From Octopus sinensis (taxonomy: Eukaryota), in contig NC_043004.1 of the NCBI RefSeq assembly GCF_006345805.1, forward strand, positions 3,348,001-3,412,000: 64,000 nucleotides of DNA. The letters run 5' to 3'. A program made the translations under genes and the position numbers. Shown here piece by piece: positions 25,553 through 40,018 of this stretch (within the stretch, counting starts at the first letter, position 1; each line of letters opens with the position of its first letter). The notes beneath the pieces were generated by a model. That model had not been told where the DNA came from and made no database searches. It saw only the letters and a program-made list of their open reading frames with translations.

Positions 25553-25921
25553 GCACATGCATATATGCGTATATGTGTACATAATAGTGTGTGTGTGTGT
25601 ATTCAGAGAGAGTGCTACAATTACACATTCATACATAATCATATATATGGCTATATTTCTATTCACGTGTGTAGTGTGTCTATAAATGTGTGTGTGTATA
25701 CATGTATATATATATATAATATATATTATATATATATATATATATATCTATATATATATATATATATATGTAGATAGATATTCTTGAACATACATATATG
25801 TTTACAAATTTATATATATATATACTTGCATAATAATATACACACCCACACAACAATCGAAAGAGAAAAGATGAAATACAAATTATGTTATGTCTGAATA
25901 TACTGCACTGTATATAACCAT

Positions 25922-25984
<63 letters not shown>

Positions 25985-26767
25985 CATATATATATATATG
26001 TACAGACACATATACATAGATACACACACACATGCTCACACACCACATGCTCACACCACACATGCTCACACACACACATACTCACACACACACATACTCA
26101 CACACACACATACTCACACACACACATACTCACACACACACATACTCATACACACACACCACACACACATATACATCTATGAACAGAAAACTACACACGA
26201 ACACATGTGTATATAATCATAAATATCATCTTTCGAAGTATATGTGTGCCTGTATGTGTGTGTGTACGCTTGTATGTGCGTATGTTTGTCTGGGTCAATG
26301 TATATGTGTGCGTGCGTGTAGACAACGCCATGTCTGTGTTTTTGTAGATAGCTCATTTTTTTTTTTAGTATATGCCGATATGACTATGTGTATGTGAATG
26401 AGAGTGATTGTTTGTATGCTAGCATGTGTGTATGTTTGTGTGTATGTATGTGAGTTTTGGAATGTATGTGAGTTTGTATGTATGTGTGTGTGTGTGTGGG
26501 TGTGTATGTGTGTGTGTGTGTGTGTGTCGTCCGGAAGGGCTATAGTATTTTGCGGGATTGCTGGGTTGGCGTTTGCATCGGCCGCGTCTCATGTTATTGA
26601 TGTTCCAGTCAGCTAGAAGATGAATTGTGCTTGTCTCATGCAATATTCAAGAGATGCGGTTTTTAATCATCCGACGCCTCATTATACATTGAAGAGCAAA
26701 TGTTACCGTCACTTTTCCTCAGGATCAATACCCACACACTGCTCTCTCCCGGATTTATTTGTTTGCC

Positions 26768-27115
26768 GCCGATAACAAAATAATAATAATAATAATAATA
26801 ATAGTACTACTACTACTACTACTAATAATAATAATAATAATAACAATAATAATAGTACTAGTAATAATAATAATAACAATAATAATAGTACTAATAATAA
26901 TAATAATAACAATAATAATAACAATATTAATAGTACTAATAATAATAATAATAATAACAATAATAATAATAGTACTAATAATAATAATAATGATAACAAT
27001 AATAATAGTACTAATAATATTAATAACAATAATAATAGTACTAATAATAATAATAATAATAAAAATAACAATAATAATAATAGTACTACTACTAATAATA
27101 GTAATAATAATAAAT
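26768..27115. repeat. Compound (AAT)n/(AGT/ACT) trinucleotide array
   Basis: Direct observation; explains the poly-I and poly-L ORFs. Confidence 0.95.
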
Positions 27116-27489
27116 GACGTCAAAAACAACAATAATCTTTGTGCAAGGGGTAGTAGTAGTAGTTGTTGTGTTGTTGTTGCTATTCTAGTTCTTGTTGTTC
27201 ATATTGTTGGTGAAGGGTATGAAAACGTAAAAGAAAAAAATAATCATACACTAATGCTACCTAAACCAGTGTCTAAATATTTTTTTACTTCATATTTTTA
27301 TATATATTCTTTGTTGTTGTTATTATTAATATTATTATTATTGTTGTTGTTATTATTATTATTAATATTATTATTATTGTTGTTATCATTATTATTAATA
27401 TTATTATTGTTGTTGTTGTCGTTGTTTTTCTTTCATTTCATTTTCTCGATATATTTTAGTTATGTTTCGTACTATTGTACTTAGTATGC

Positions 27490-27589
27490 ATGCGTATGTA
27501 AATTACCCGGACACATATATATATAATATATATATTATATATGTATGTATATATATATTATATATGTATGTATATATATATTATATATG

Positions 27590-27624
<35 letters not shown>

Positions 27625-28400
27625 ATGTGCGTATAAATATCATATATATATGCATGTATATGTGTATATATATATATCATATATATATGCATTTATATAT
27701 GTGTATTATATATATATATATCATATATATGCATTTATGTGTATATATATCATATATATGCATTTATGTATATATATATATCATATATATGCATTTATGT
27801 GTATATATATCATATATATGCATTTATGTGTATATATATCATATATATGCATTTATGTGTATATATATCATATATATGCATTTATGTATATATATCATAT
27901 ATATGCATTTATGTGTATATATATCATATATATGCATTTATGTGTATATATATCATATATGCATTTATGTGTATATATATCATATATGCATTTATGTGTG
28001 TATATATATCATATATGCATTTATATGTGTGTATATATCATATATGCATGTATATGTGTGTATATATATAGATATCATATATATGCATTTATATATGCAT
28101 ATATATCATATATATATGTATATGTGTGTGTATATATGTGTGTATATATATCATATATATGTGTGTATATATATCATATATATATGCATGTATATATGTG
28201 TGTATATATATCATATATATATGCATGTATATATGTGTGTATATATATCATATATATATGCATGAATATATGTGTGTATATATATCATATATATGCATGT
28301 ATATATGTACATATTATATATCATATATGTATATATGTGTATATATATATATCATATATATGTGTATATATATATCATATATATGTGTATATATGTATAT
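27490..28400. repeat. TA-derived minisatellite (unit ~ATATATATCATATATATGCATTTATGTGT)
   Basis: Direct observation; explains the overlapping Y/I-rich ORFs. Confidence 0.9.
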
Positions 28401-28720
28401 AGAGCGGAGGAACTCTTGAGAGTCAACGGCCATCCAATAAAAGTCTTAAGGCTGTATCATGTGCGGGGACATAGAAATAATCGGACTGAATACCCGATCG
28501 CGCGGTTAAATCATTGGGAATGAAGGACCCCTAGCCTTTGTTAGGGCATCCTTCTAGGAGGAGGTAACTCAGGTAACCGGGATAACTCCGACATAAAACC
28601 TGCGGCTCAGTGGTTACCGATGATGTTGACTTGTTCTTCTTTTCGGATTAAGGCTGCTGTTGCTTAGTGAGTGGGATTGACTCAATGCACAGCCTTTTCT
28701 CACTTTAAAAAAAATCTTCT
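28400..28720 (+). mobile_element. Possible LINE (RTE-like) 5' UTR fragment
   Basis: CCCCTAGCCTTTGTTAGGGCATCCTTCTAGGAGGAGGTAACTC resembles RTE 5' leaders. Recognition only; no ORF. Confidence 0.3.
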
Positions 28721-28779
28721 TGCACAAGCATTGCACGATGACAACATTGATTAAGCTTCGTACAATGGCCATACTCGAT

Positions 28780-30145
28780 AACGAGTATATACAATATGTA
28801 TATCATATATATGTATGTATATATATATGTGTATATATGTATATATGTTTATATACATATTTGTGCGTATATATATGTATGTATATATGTGTGTATATAT
28901 GTATATATATATGTGTGTATATGTATATATATATGTATATACATATATATATTATATATGTATATGTGTGTCTATATGTATGTATATATGTGTGTCTATA
29001 TGTATGTATATATGTGTGTGTATATGTATCTATATATGTTTGTGTATATGTATATATGTGTGTTTATATGTATGTATATATATGTGTGTGTATTGTATAT
29101 ATGTATATATATATATGCATGTATATATGTATATATATATATGCATGTATATATGTATATATATATGCATGTATAATGTATATATGTATATATATATGCA
29201 TGTATATATGTATATATATATATGCATGTATATATGTATATATATATGCATGTATATATGTATATATATATGCATGTATATATGTATATATATATGCATG
29301 TATATATGTATATAATATATATGCATGTATATATGTGTATATATATATATGCATGTATATATGTGTATATATATATATGCATGTATATAAGTGTATATAT
29401 ATATATATGCATGTATATATGTGTATATATATATATATATGCATGTATATATGTATATATATATGCATGTATATATGTATATATATATTTGCATGTATAT
29501 ATGTATATATATATATGCATGTATATATGTAGATATATATATATATATGCATGTATATATGTATATATATATATATGCATGTATATATGTATATATATAT
29601 ATGCATGTATATGTTTATATATATGCATGTATATGTTTATATATATGCATGTATATATGTATATATATATGCATGTATATATGTATATATATATATGCAT
29701 GTATATATATATGCATGTATGTATATATATATGCATGTATATATATATGCATGTATATATGTATATATATGTATGTATATATGTATATACATGCATGTAT
29801 ATATGTATATATGCATGTATATATGTATATATGCATGTATATATATATATATGCATGTATATATATATATGCCTATATATATATATGTATATATTTATAT
29901 ATGCATGTATATATATGTCTATATATATATGTATATATTTATATATTCACGTATATATATATGCATGTATATATGTATATATATGCATATATGTGTGTGT
30001 ATATATATACCTTTATATATATCATATATATTCATGTATATATATGTATATATATATCATGTATGTGTTTATAAATAGTATATATATATGCATGTATATA
30101 TGTGTGTATATATAAAATATGTATGCATGTATATATATGTATATG

Positions 30146-30187
<42 letters not shown>

Positions 30188-30190
30188 CAC
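28780..30190. repeat. TA-derived minisatellite (unit ~ATATATATGCATGTATATATGT)
   Basis: Direct observation. Confidence 0.9.
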
Positions 30191-31892
30191 ACATTCATTC
30201 GTGACAGGATCAAAACTTCTCCCGGTTACGTTCATTGAATTCAGTTTCCACACGCGCGGAATCAACCCCATTCTCCTGACCAGCGTCTTTGAGTGTAGGA
30301 TCGACATATCCTTAAGGTTACTTGAAATTCAGTTTTGTCCGTATCTTGAGGTGGATAGGACCTGGAGCATGGATACTAATAGGGTTTTCACTTAGGAAAA
30401 TGGTCTGAGGGGAAGCCATCTCTGAAAGATGAGGTTAAAGTGGGGAACACATTCATTATTCCCATCGTATATCACGACTAAGCTATTTTACTTTCTCTTA
30501 GTTCTTGTCTAAACATTGACGAGAATCTTGCTATTTCGTTTCTCGTATAATATTGAGGTATTACCTGTTCAATATAAACTGTGCGTGCACGAAGACCACC
30601 GTCATCGAGTAACGCAGAGAGCGATGACACTGTTCTGAACGTACTTGTTCATTGCTGGAGCATTGTTGAACTGTGAATTGCTCTGTCTACATCGCTTTTA
30701 TTGGGCCAAGAACAGCACTTCAGTTTTATGATTACTCTCCATTAAGTTTAATGGCCCTTCATGCACTTGTTACCCGAGGAATAAAGCTAGGAGGGTGTTC
30801 TTAGCCTTGTTCGTCAGAATAATGCTGGATCTGTGGAATTCTTTATGAAGACTCTCAATGCACACAATAACATCTCTTTTATTTTGATTTGAATGTAGTC
30901 CTCCATGTTTTTGCTAAGCTGTCCGTGTGATATTCTCTATTCCACCTTACTTGATTATAAAACTGTTCATACTATTGTTGTTAATATGTTTATACAAACC
31001 TGGAATGGTGCGAGCTAAAATATTTTGTCTCAGACTTCTCAGCGAGACGTTTGTGTGCACAACACAATGCTTCTTTCAGAACGGCAATCGCAGACGCGGT
31101 ATTCCGACCTTATTTGGTCTCCTTACTGACGAATAATCAGGACATTCTCAGCAAAACCGGAAAGTGCTGGTTTAGTTATAGAAATCGATAAACATTTACT
31201 GATTTATGCGGAAGCTAGTCAGGGTAGAATTGAGTTAATAAACACACCAGAAACTGCCTTGCATTAAGTTCCCGGTGTGTATAATGTTTATTCTCTATAA
31301 AATGTGAATGGCGCTGGCTGTAACCTTTTTGTCTCAAAGACGTTTCACAAAGAGTCGTTCCTGCATTCCTGATGTTTGTCCTTATACAATGCATAACCAG
31401 AGTACTGAGAGAATGTAAAGTATACAACAAAGGATTAGATGATTTGTAGTATTTCATTAGGAGCTCCAATACCGTGTGTTCAAATCTCACCCAGGCATAC
31501 TTCACCTTTCATGCTTCAAGGAGAAAAGTACCAGTGAAATAGTAGGGGAGTCAATGTAATTGACTTTAATACAACCAGAATATACATGAATCCGTGTACC
31601 CAAGGTAAAAGAAAACATTACAATTTTTGTTAGAGCTATTTAATCCCAGATTAATAACCAAAGGCAACCCACCAATGGCATCCATTTTTATATATTCCTA
31701 TGTGCACGGAATATTGGATTACATGGTTTGTATTCTTTTCTAAGCGGTACAGTGTGATTTAAGAGATTTTTCCTGCTCTTTCTAGCAGCTCGAATCCACC
31801 TTGGCTCGTATTAAGGTGATTTAAGGCTTAGAGAGCTGCAGAAAATGTTTTGCCATATTTCGTTATGATGTGTTAGTGGATCTTATAACTTT

Positions 31893-32370
31893 TCGATCTT
31901 AACTGATTGGAAGTGTTTTGACTTGGTATAAAAGATGAGCCACAACAAATATTCTGCTCAATACCACAAATTTACCTTGTTTGCCCTTAACCAGTTGAGC
32001 ATGTCCCTTAGTGGCTAACGATATTTGCTTCTCTAATCATAGGGAGGAGTAATGGGGGAGCTTCGTAGCCATGTGTTGAGAGGAAATCTTTGGGGTTTGG
32101 ATAATTTACCGCTAATAATTCATTATCCATTTATTCAGGGATGGGCTAGTCGAGCTGAAGAAAATTCTAACTGGGCCCCCACCTGCACGGTTATGCGCTG
32201 TTTATCTTGATATGAGATCACCATGTTGCGCACATATGATTGTGATGCATGTGCCTGGTGTACACTTATCAGACGGGTAGTCATGATGGGTATATTGGAC
32301 TCCGTACAATTATAACCCAGCGTAACTTTTATGGCATGCGCTGCTCTCACACTCAATAATATATTAATAA
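31893..32370 (+). mobile_element. Family-3 retroelement copy
   Basis: Homology to 1352-1915; ends CACTCAATAAT. Confidence 0.75.
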
Positions 32371-32693
32371 TAATAATCATTATTATTATTGTTGTTATTG
32401 TTCTTAATTTTGTTATTACTATTATCCTTGTTATTGCTGTTGTTGTCGTCGTTGTTTTTAATGTTATTGCCATTGTTTTTTCTCGCTCGTATTTCAAATC
32501 GCGTTGATGCTGACTTTATCTGTGATCTTATTGGGGTCGATAAAATGAAATGCTATTGAAGTACTAGAATCGATAAAATCGATTATACGCTCCCCAAATT
32601 AGAAATCGTCATCATTATTGGTATTATTACTAATGGAGAAATCATTATCTTCATCATCATAATCATTAACATCATCATTATTAGTATTATTAT

Positions 32694-32725
<32 letters not shown>

Positions 32726-33031
32726 AGTGTGTCATGAATAAGAGAGTCAGTCCTGACGTGTGTCGCATTAAATACTCTGTGGTATTTACTCTTGTCCTTC
32801 TCCATTTTCAATTAAAATCCCACCGAAATTCATTTGGCGCCTAGATCAATATATAACTACCAATCATGTGCTCAGATCGATTAATTCCGTTCCACCCATT
32901 TTCCTCATAACTATGTCTCCCTTTGGCAATGAATCAAGTCATTATCAAATCTGCTGCACATTCGTCAGGTTGCACCAACAAACAAGGCTTTTCGTTCCTT
33001 TTAAGCTCACACGCAAAGTGCGCGCCCTAAT

Positions 33032-33084
<53 letters not shown>

Positions 33085-33182
33085 GTTTGCGTGTGTATAT
33101 GAGAGTGTGTGTGTACATATCATCGTTTAACGTCCGTTTTCCATGCTGGCATGGGTTGATATGTATGTATGTTTATATATAA

Positions 33183-33730
33183 TGTACAAAACATTTCGAA
33201 AATTGAATCACCCCAGAGGACACTCACTAAATGAATTAAAGGCGTTACTCATCTAGATTAGTGAGACCGCCTTAAAGCCTTGAAACTCTACTCTTTCCAG
33301 CGCCGCCGCGAGAGGTACATCATTTGCACGAGTGGAGAATATACCGCCAGCATTGCCCGAACGACCTGAACATTAACTTCAAGGTTCATTCAAGGCTGGG
33401 ACCACGGGCCATACGTCCCCTGCCCAATTCAGGATCACAACATATAGGTACACTGCGACACAATTTATTTTCCTCAACAAGCCATGCCCTGTTTAACATT
33501 GTCCCAAAACTGAACAAAGAGGAAAAGGATCCCATCACCTTTAAACGGAGTATGGGCAGATTTCTTCAAGGAATACCAGATAAGCCACCCATACCTGGAT
33601 ACAACTCACTCAACAAGAACTCACTACTTGAATGGACCATAATACCACAAAATTGGACTTTAAAAGGATTTAGATAATCCTATCAGGTGGTGCTATTTAG
33701 ACATGGCCTGAACCAATCTTTGGTCGAAAC
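33183..33730 (+). pseudogene. 3' end of a CR1/L2-group LINE
   Basis: Translation RLKALKLYSFQRRRERYII...LFNIVP...FKRSMGRFLQGIPDKP..PGY..NKNSLLEW is typical of CR1-group ORF2 C-termini. Confidence 0.65.
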
Positions 33731-34492
33731 ATATCTGTCGGCGTGACACAGGAATTACAGGTACTACTCATTTTTGTCAGTTGAGTGGACTAGAGTGAAA
33801 TAATGTGACTTGCTCAAGGACACTTCGCACCGCTTGGAATCGAACTCATGACCTTACGACTGTGAGCAGAATACCCTAACCACGAAGCTACATATATACA
33901 TACATATAAACATACATACATACATACATACATGCATACATACATACATGGCTTGGAACCTTCAATCTATATCCTGATTATAAATTCACAATTATACCAA
34001 TAAAATAATTGGTGCAATGGTGTTTCAAGCCTAAGAGACAATCTGGATAAACTAGGGTTGTTAGAAAAAGAAACCAACCAGCTTAGACACATTACAATTA
34101 TGCGGAACGGTAAAGACATACAAGACTTTCCCAAGTTTAAGACGTAACATTGTTTCCGTTGTTTACATTCCAGCGATGGCTCTTTGTATGTTTGGCAGGA
34201 ACCAGCGTCTTCCACAGAGAAGAAATTTACATAATTAAAAAGAGGAGAGAACATACCTACACACATGCTCATATGCATATATACATTCGTATTCTCGCAT
34301 TTATGTATATGCAAGTACATACGCATATATATACATGCATACGCATAAACATATATATATACACATTCATACACAAGCGTACCTACACACGCATGCGTGC
34401 TTTTATGTGGTATTGAGCTTGGAACTAAAAGGTAGACAGGATTAGTTATTGCAAGTTTTATTTTCCTCTCTGTAATAAGAGAAAAGCCCAAG

Positions 34493-35117
34493 TTTTAGTA
34501 TTTATTGACATCTCATCAGCGTTAAAAGAATGATCTCGGTCCACAAGAGGAATAGGAACTTATAGCTCATTATCTTCTCTGTTTCTCTCATTCTCTTTCT
34601 TGCTCTCTCTCCATATATACGTGTGTATACGAAAATATATATATATATATACAGTTCAGTATACACTTAGTAAAGCAGGCGTATATTAGCGCCTATCTAA
34701 TTTGCATTATTCTGTAAGAGTTAATAACTCCTATATGTTCTTTAATATAATCATGAGAGACTTACAAGCATGAGTTTTTAACAAACATATAAAACGTCGT
34801 TGTGAAAAAATATAACAAAATCCGAGTTCGGGACCAGAGAGAGAAAAACGTGTCTTATCAGAAGGGAATCCATTTTTTATAAGGAGGGTAACTATGCGCG
34901 CTTATTAAAAACGTAATCCCATAATTTTATCTCACATGTCTATTTTATTGGGGATTATTATTCCTACAAATAAATTTGGGTTTGCCATCTGTTCCACCAT
35001 TTTGAATATTTAGGCAAAGTAGTATAAATCTCTTTAATTTTGTGTATAAAGTATAAGCTGCTACTGCTCTGTAGAATGTGTTGTTTTTCTCTGATGAGAC
35101 GTCAATAAATACTAAAA
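34493..35117. repeat. 27-bp inverted repeats bracketing ~570 bp
   Basis: TTTTAGTATTTATTGACATCTCATCAG (34493-34519) against CTGATGAGACGTCAATAAATACTAAAA (35091-35117), one mismatch. Confidence 0.75.
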
Positions 35118-37006
35118 TGAATCCCATCAATATCTTTATTTTCTTGCCATCGGGGAGAGAATATTGTTTTCTGCCGATTAAAAGTTGAACGAATAACTAT
35201 ATTTACAGAGTGAAGAATAATCGAAAAAAAACCCAGAAGGGATGGCCACGGTTGGTTCAATGTTGAATGGGATTAACCAACAACAAACAGTCAATTGTTT
35301 CCGTAACACTACAATACGTTGTCGTGGGTTTGGTGGTTGATTTTAAAAGTTGAGTCTGTTATCGCCACTAAAATGGTTAATTTGAACAGAAATGACATTA
35401 ACAAGATGTTTGTGATAGCAAGCAGAGTACATTGCTGTGATATTTTCTAGGTTAACTTTGTGACTACATATATCACATTTCCTGATAATATAGATATTGG
35501 GTGATAACAGAGAGACATATATGCAAACACATATGTTTAGAGATAATTCAGGAACAGCGACAGCGAAAATTCTGCTGCAGTTAACATATTTATTATTCAC
35601 GCGAGCGGCAACGGGTTTTTAGGAGAATAGATAGGTTACAGCATTTTGCTTCGGCTTTTAAGTTTCAATTCTTGCTCAGTTCTTGTAGAGGTTCCTTCTG
35701 TCTTCGACATCTGCAGTGTCAATGGCAAAAATATAGCGGGCGTTCTACTGGTGATTCATTTGAGAGGATCAATCCCCAGCAAATTCGTAACTTTGCAATA
35801 ACATCCTGAATCATTGTAGAATAGGAAGTAAGTTGCAGCCATATTGAAGGATGACTCATTGTCGATTCTCGGAAGATACAGATTCACATCGCTTATATCG
35901 TATGTCCGTAAGTAAATAGTGATATGAGCTTTAAAACGCATAGCTTTTCACTTTCTTACCATTATTTCTGCGAATAGAAGTCAATGTCATATCGTGTAAA
36001 TAATGAAGTCAAACCAGTACCGTTACTCCGGTTTGATGTAGGGAGTTACATCGAACCCGAGTCAAAATTTATGGAAGTGTCTACCGCTTCAAGCGAAAGG
36101 ATTACTTTCTAGTAGGGCATATAGTTAATAATTCTTACAAAGAAAAAGTTTACCAGTGACTTCGAAGTTTCAGTATCAGGCAAGGGTATCTACTCAAACA
36201 GTAATTTTCGGTGATATAAAAGTGCTATGAGGAGGGTTTATCATAGGTGTAAGATATGAAAGCGAGTCTTACTATAGTGATCCAACTGTCACATGTGACA
36301 CACCAATGTTTGAATAAACCTTATCCCGCTGGACATATTATACAGGATGATACTTCAGTAGGAAGGGTCCTGACTAGAACGGCTTGTACTTTTGGTTTAG
36401 GGTCGTCTGTTTTCGTTATTATTTTTTTCTCTTCCAGCTTTTATGTACAAAATCCTGGTAAGAATTTCATACTGAGATATCTGGTAAAACATCATAAAAA
36501 TTTATAAACTTTCGAGAGAATATGATATAATTCTTTTTGGAATTGGATCTCGAAACACATAAATGGTATGCACGTAAATATCGGCTTGAAAGACACTTTT
36601 GAAAAGACGAAGGCTACGGATTTTCAACCCAATATTTACACGCTATTATTAATAGCTTTATATTTACTTTAAGAACCAGTTCCAATAACTCCGCGTTCTC
36701 TCGAAAGTTGACAGATTTTTATGATGTCACCAAAGTGTAATTCACGCTGGTAAGAACAACGTTTCTAAAATAGAGAAATTGGAAGAATTGCTTTGATCCA
36801 ATGGTAGAGCGCCTGTTATGTCGACAGGAATCTTATGATTTTTGCAAAATGCAGGGTTGCACTTTTCTGCAGGTCGACAATGCGAGTCCCAGTTCTAAAA
36901 TCTTTCAGTCTTTTAGACAAATATTTCGGATGTGGTGCCAAGCAAACCAATTTCCATAGAGGTAATTGTTGTCTTAGTTTTCCACAATCTCTTCTTTCTT
37001 TACTTA

Positions 37007-37610
37007 AGGCGGCGAGCTCGCAGACACATTAGCACGCCGGACGAAATGCTTAGCGGTATTTCGTCTGCCGCTACGTTCTGAGTTCAAATTCCGCCGAGGT
37101 TGACTTTGCCTTTCATCCTTTCGGGGTCGATTAAATAAGTACCAGTTACGCACCGGGGTCGATGTAATCCACTTAATCCATCTGTCTGTCCTTGTTTGTC
37201 CCCTCTGTGTTTAGCCCCTTGTGGGTAGTAAAGAAATAGGTATTTCGTCCGTCTTTACGTTCTGAGCTCAAATTCCGCCGAGGTCAACTTTGCCTTTCAT
37301 CCTTTCGGGGTCAGTAAATAATGTACCAGTTACGCACTGGGGTCGATGTAATCGACTGGCCCCTTCCCCAAATTTCAGTCCTTGTGCCTACAGTAGAAAG
37401 AACTATTATGATTAAGAGGCGGTGAACTGGCAGAATCATTACCGCGCTTAACGATATTTCGTCCGTCCTTACGTGCTGAGTTCAAATTCCGCCGAGGTCG
37501 ACTTCGCTTTTCATCTTTAAGTACCAGTTAAACACTGGGGTCAATGTAATCGACCCATCTCATTCCCCAAAATTGCTGCCCTTGTGGCAAAAATTGAAAC
37601 CATTTTTATC
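37007..37610 (+). mobile_element. Family-1 SINE dimer plus a third unit
   Basis: Direct homology; junction GTAAAGAAATAGGTATTTCGTC. Confidence 0.85.
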
Positions 37611-37637
37611 ATTATTATTATTATTATTATTATTATT

Positions 37638-38100
37638 GAGTGAGAGAACAGTGCATGCCATCAAAGTGACACTGGGGTAAAATATACAAAGCCTAGTATA
37701 CCCATCATAACTACCCGTCTGATAAGGGTACACTAGTCATATGCATCACAACCGTATGTGCGCGACATGGTGATCTCATATCAAGATAAACAGCACATGA
37801 CCTTGCAGGTGGGGCCCAGTTAGAATTTTCTTCTGGTCGAGTAGCCCATCCCGCTCAAAAGTCCCTGAATAAGGGTTGTTTAAGGATGTTGAACGAAACA
37901 CCCATGTTTCCAGAGGTGAATTATTCAAACCCCAAAGATCCCTCTCAATACATGGCTATGATGCTCCCCCACTACTTCTGCTCGTGATCAGAGATGCACA
38001 TATCGTCAGCCACTAAGGGACATGCTCAACTGGTTACGGTCAAACAACTGACAAGCAAATCTGTGGATTGGAGCAGAATATTTGCTGTAGCCCATCTTTA
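37638..38100 (-). mobile_element. Family-3 retroelement copy, 5'-truncated, within (TAA)n
   Basis: Homology to 1352-1915; (TTA)n on both flanks. Confidence 0.8.
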
Positions 38101-38121
38101 TTATTATTATTATTGTTATTA

Positions 38122-38155
<34 letters not shown>

Positions 38156-38585
38156 GTGGCCTTTTTCAAGCCAAAATGGCATTTCAACCCAATATTTACA
38201 TGTTATTATTTATAGTATGTATATTGTTTGAGATCCAATTCCAAAGAAGAATCTGGCAAACCATTTTGAGTGTATTCTTCTCAATCTCCAAGCTATATTC
38301 ACATTGGTTCAACTTTACTCTGACATAAGATTCACCCTCTGTGACAAATATTGCTCAAGGAACATCATAAACTGAGCTTTGCTAAGTTAAAATAATCAAT
38401 AGAAACAAAATGTTTTCGTCAATTTCATAGTGCTCCCCCTGCTTTTAGCAACGTGTTGTGCTTACCCTACTTTCAATTAAGCAGACTGAAACTTCCCCAC
38501 AGATAAATACCCTGACAGTAGATACAAAACAGTTGATGACCCTTCACTAAATCGTCTTTATCTCTCTCCCCCTTTATCCTCGCCA

Positions 38586-38631
<46 letters not shown>

Positions 38632-38707
38632 AGAGACTCTTCTGCTTTATCAGAGCTGAACTTATGAGACACCCTAACAAACAGGCTACATGACGTTAGT
38701 CATTCAC

Positions 38708-38767
38708 CAGTGACGTCACTGAACGGCTGTGACAACGATACTGCACGAGCAATGCTGACCTTTGACC
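38708..38767. promoter_or_regulatory. Candidate enhancer motifs (CRE palindrome and DR1)
   Basis: 14-bp palindrome CAGTGACGTCACTG (38708-38721) and TGACCTTTGACC (38756-38767). Motif match only. Confidence 0.2.
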
Positions 38768-38971
38768 GTAAACTTTTGATCTCCAACAGGAAACCAACTC
38801 GCTCGAAAATATCGTGTGAATCAAGTATCGCTTTTTCAGCATTCATTCAGTGAACGAGCGCACCTCTTCTCATCAAAGTCTCTATTCCATCGATAGATAT
38901 ATAAAAGACTTATTAACATGACTGTGTCGTTTTGCTATTCAGTATGTCGTTATATTCCCTTTAAAATAGTA

Positions 38972-39387
38972 AGGCGGCGAGCTGGCAGAAACGTTAGCAC
39001 GCCGGGCGAAATGCTAAGCGGTATTTCGTCTGCCGCTACGTTCTGAGTTCAAATTCCGCCGAGGTCGACTTTGCCTTTCATCCTTTCGGGGTCGATGAAT
39101 TAAGTACCAGTTACACACTGGGGTCGATTTAATCGACTTACTCCGTTTGTCTGTCCTTGTTTGTCCTCTCTGTGTTTGGCCCCTTGTGGGTAGTAAAGAA
39201 ATAGGTATTTCGTCTGTCGTTACGTTGTGAGTTCAAATTCCACCGAGGTCGACTTTGCCTTTCATCCTTTCGGGGTCGATAAATTAAGTACCAGTTACGC
39301 ACTGGGGTCGATGTAATCGACTCAATCCCTTTGTCTTTCCTTGTTTGTCCCCTTTGTGTTTAGCCCCTTGTGAGTAGTAAAGAAATA
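38972..39387 (+). mobile_element. Family-1 SINE dimer
   Basis: Same junction as 37007. Confidence 0.85.
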
Positions 39388-39634
39388 TATATTCCCTTTA
39401 AAACAGTATAAAGTAGGTTATGTGTCTATTTTGTGTATATCGATTCATACTTATTCAGGAATTCCATATTTCTCACAAGAACACACGAGGTGATGGAGTC
39501 GCAGAACCGTTAGAGCATCTGACAAAATGTCATGGGTATTTAGTAGCAGACCTATACGTTCTGCGATCAAATCCGGCCGAGGAAAATGTTTCTTTTCATC
39601 TTTCTGCGGTGGATAAAATAAAGTATCAGAGATA

Positions 39635-40018
39635 CTCTTTTATTCTTTTGTTTCAGCCATTTGACTGCGGCCATGCTGGAGCACCACTTTTAGTCGAGCA
39701 AATCGACCCCAGGACTTATTCTTTGTAAGCCTAGTACTTATTTTATCCGTCTCTCTTGCCGAACCGCTAAGTTACGGGGACGTAAACACAACAGCATCGG
39801 TTGTCAAGCAATGTTGGGGAGATAAACACAGACACACAAACATATACATACATATATATATATTTTATTTATACGACGGGCTTCTTTCAGTTTCCGTCTA
39901 CCATATCCGCTCACAAGGCTTTGGTCGCCCCGAGGCTATAGTAGAAGACACTTGTCCAAGGTGCCACGCAGTGGGACTGAATCCGGAACTATGTGGCTGG
40001 TAAGCAAGCTACTTACCA
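39635..40018 (-). mobile_element. Full-length CORE-type SINE
   Basis: Homology to 19234-19646. Confidence 0.85.

Noticed and set aside
30780-31060. CTGACGA followed by a stem (30790-30825) and an HHR-like remnant near 31010-31050
   Set aside because: No GAAA or NUH in register; too degenerate to call.
35716-35828. Exon-like segment with a good acceptor and GTAAGT donor
   Set aside because: Stops in all three frames; unsupported as a non-coding exon.
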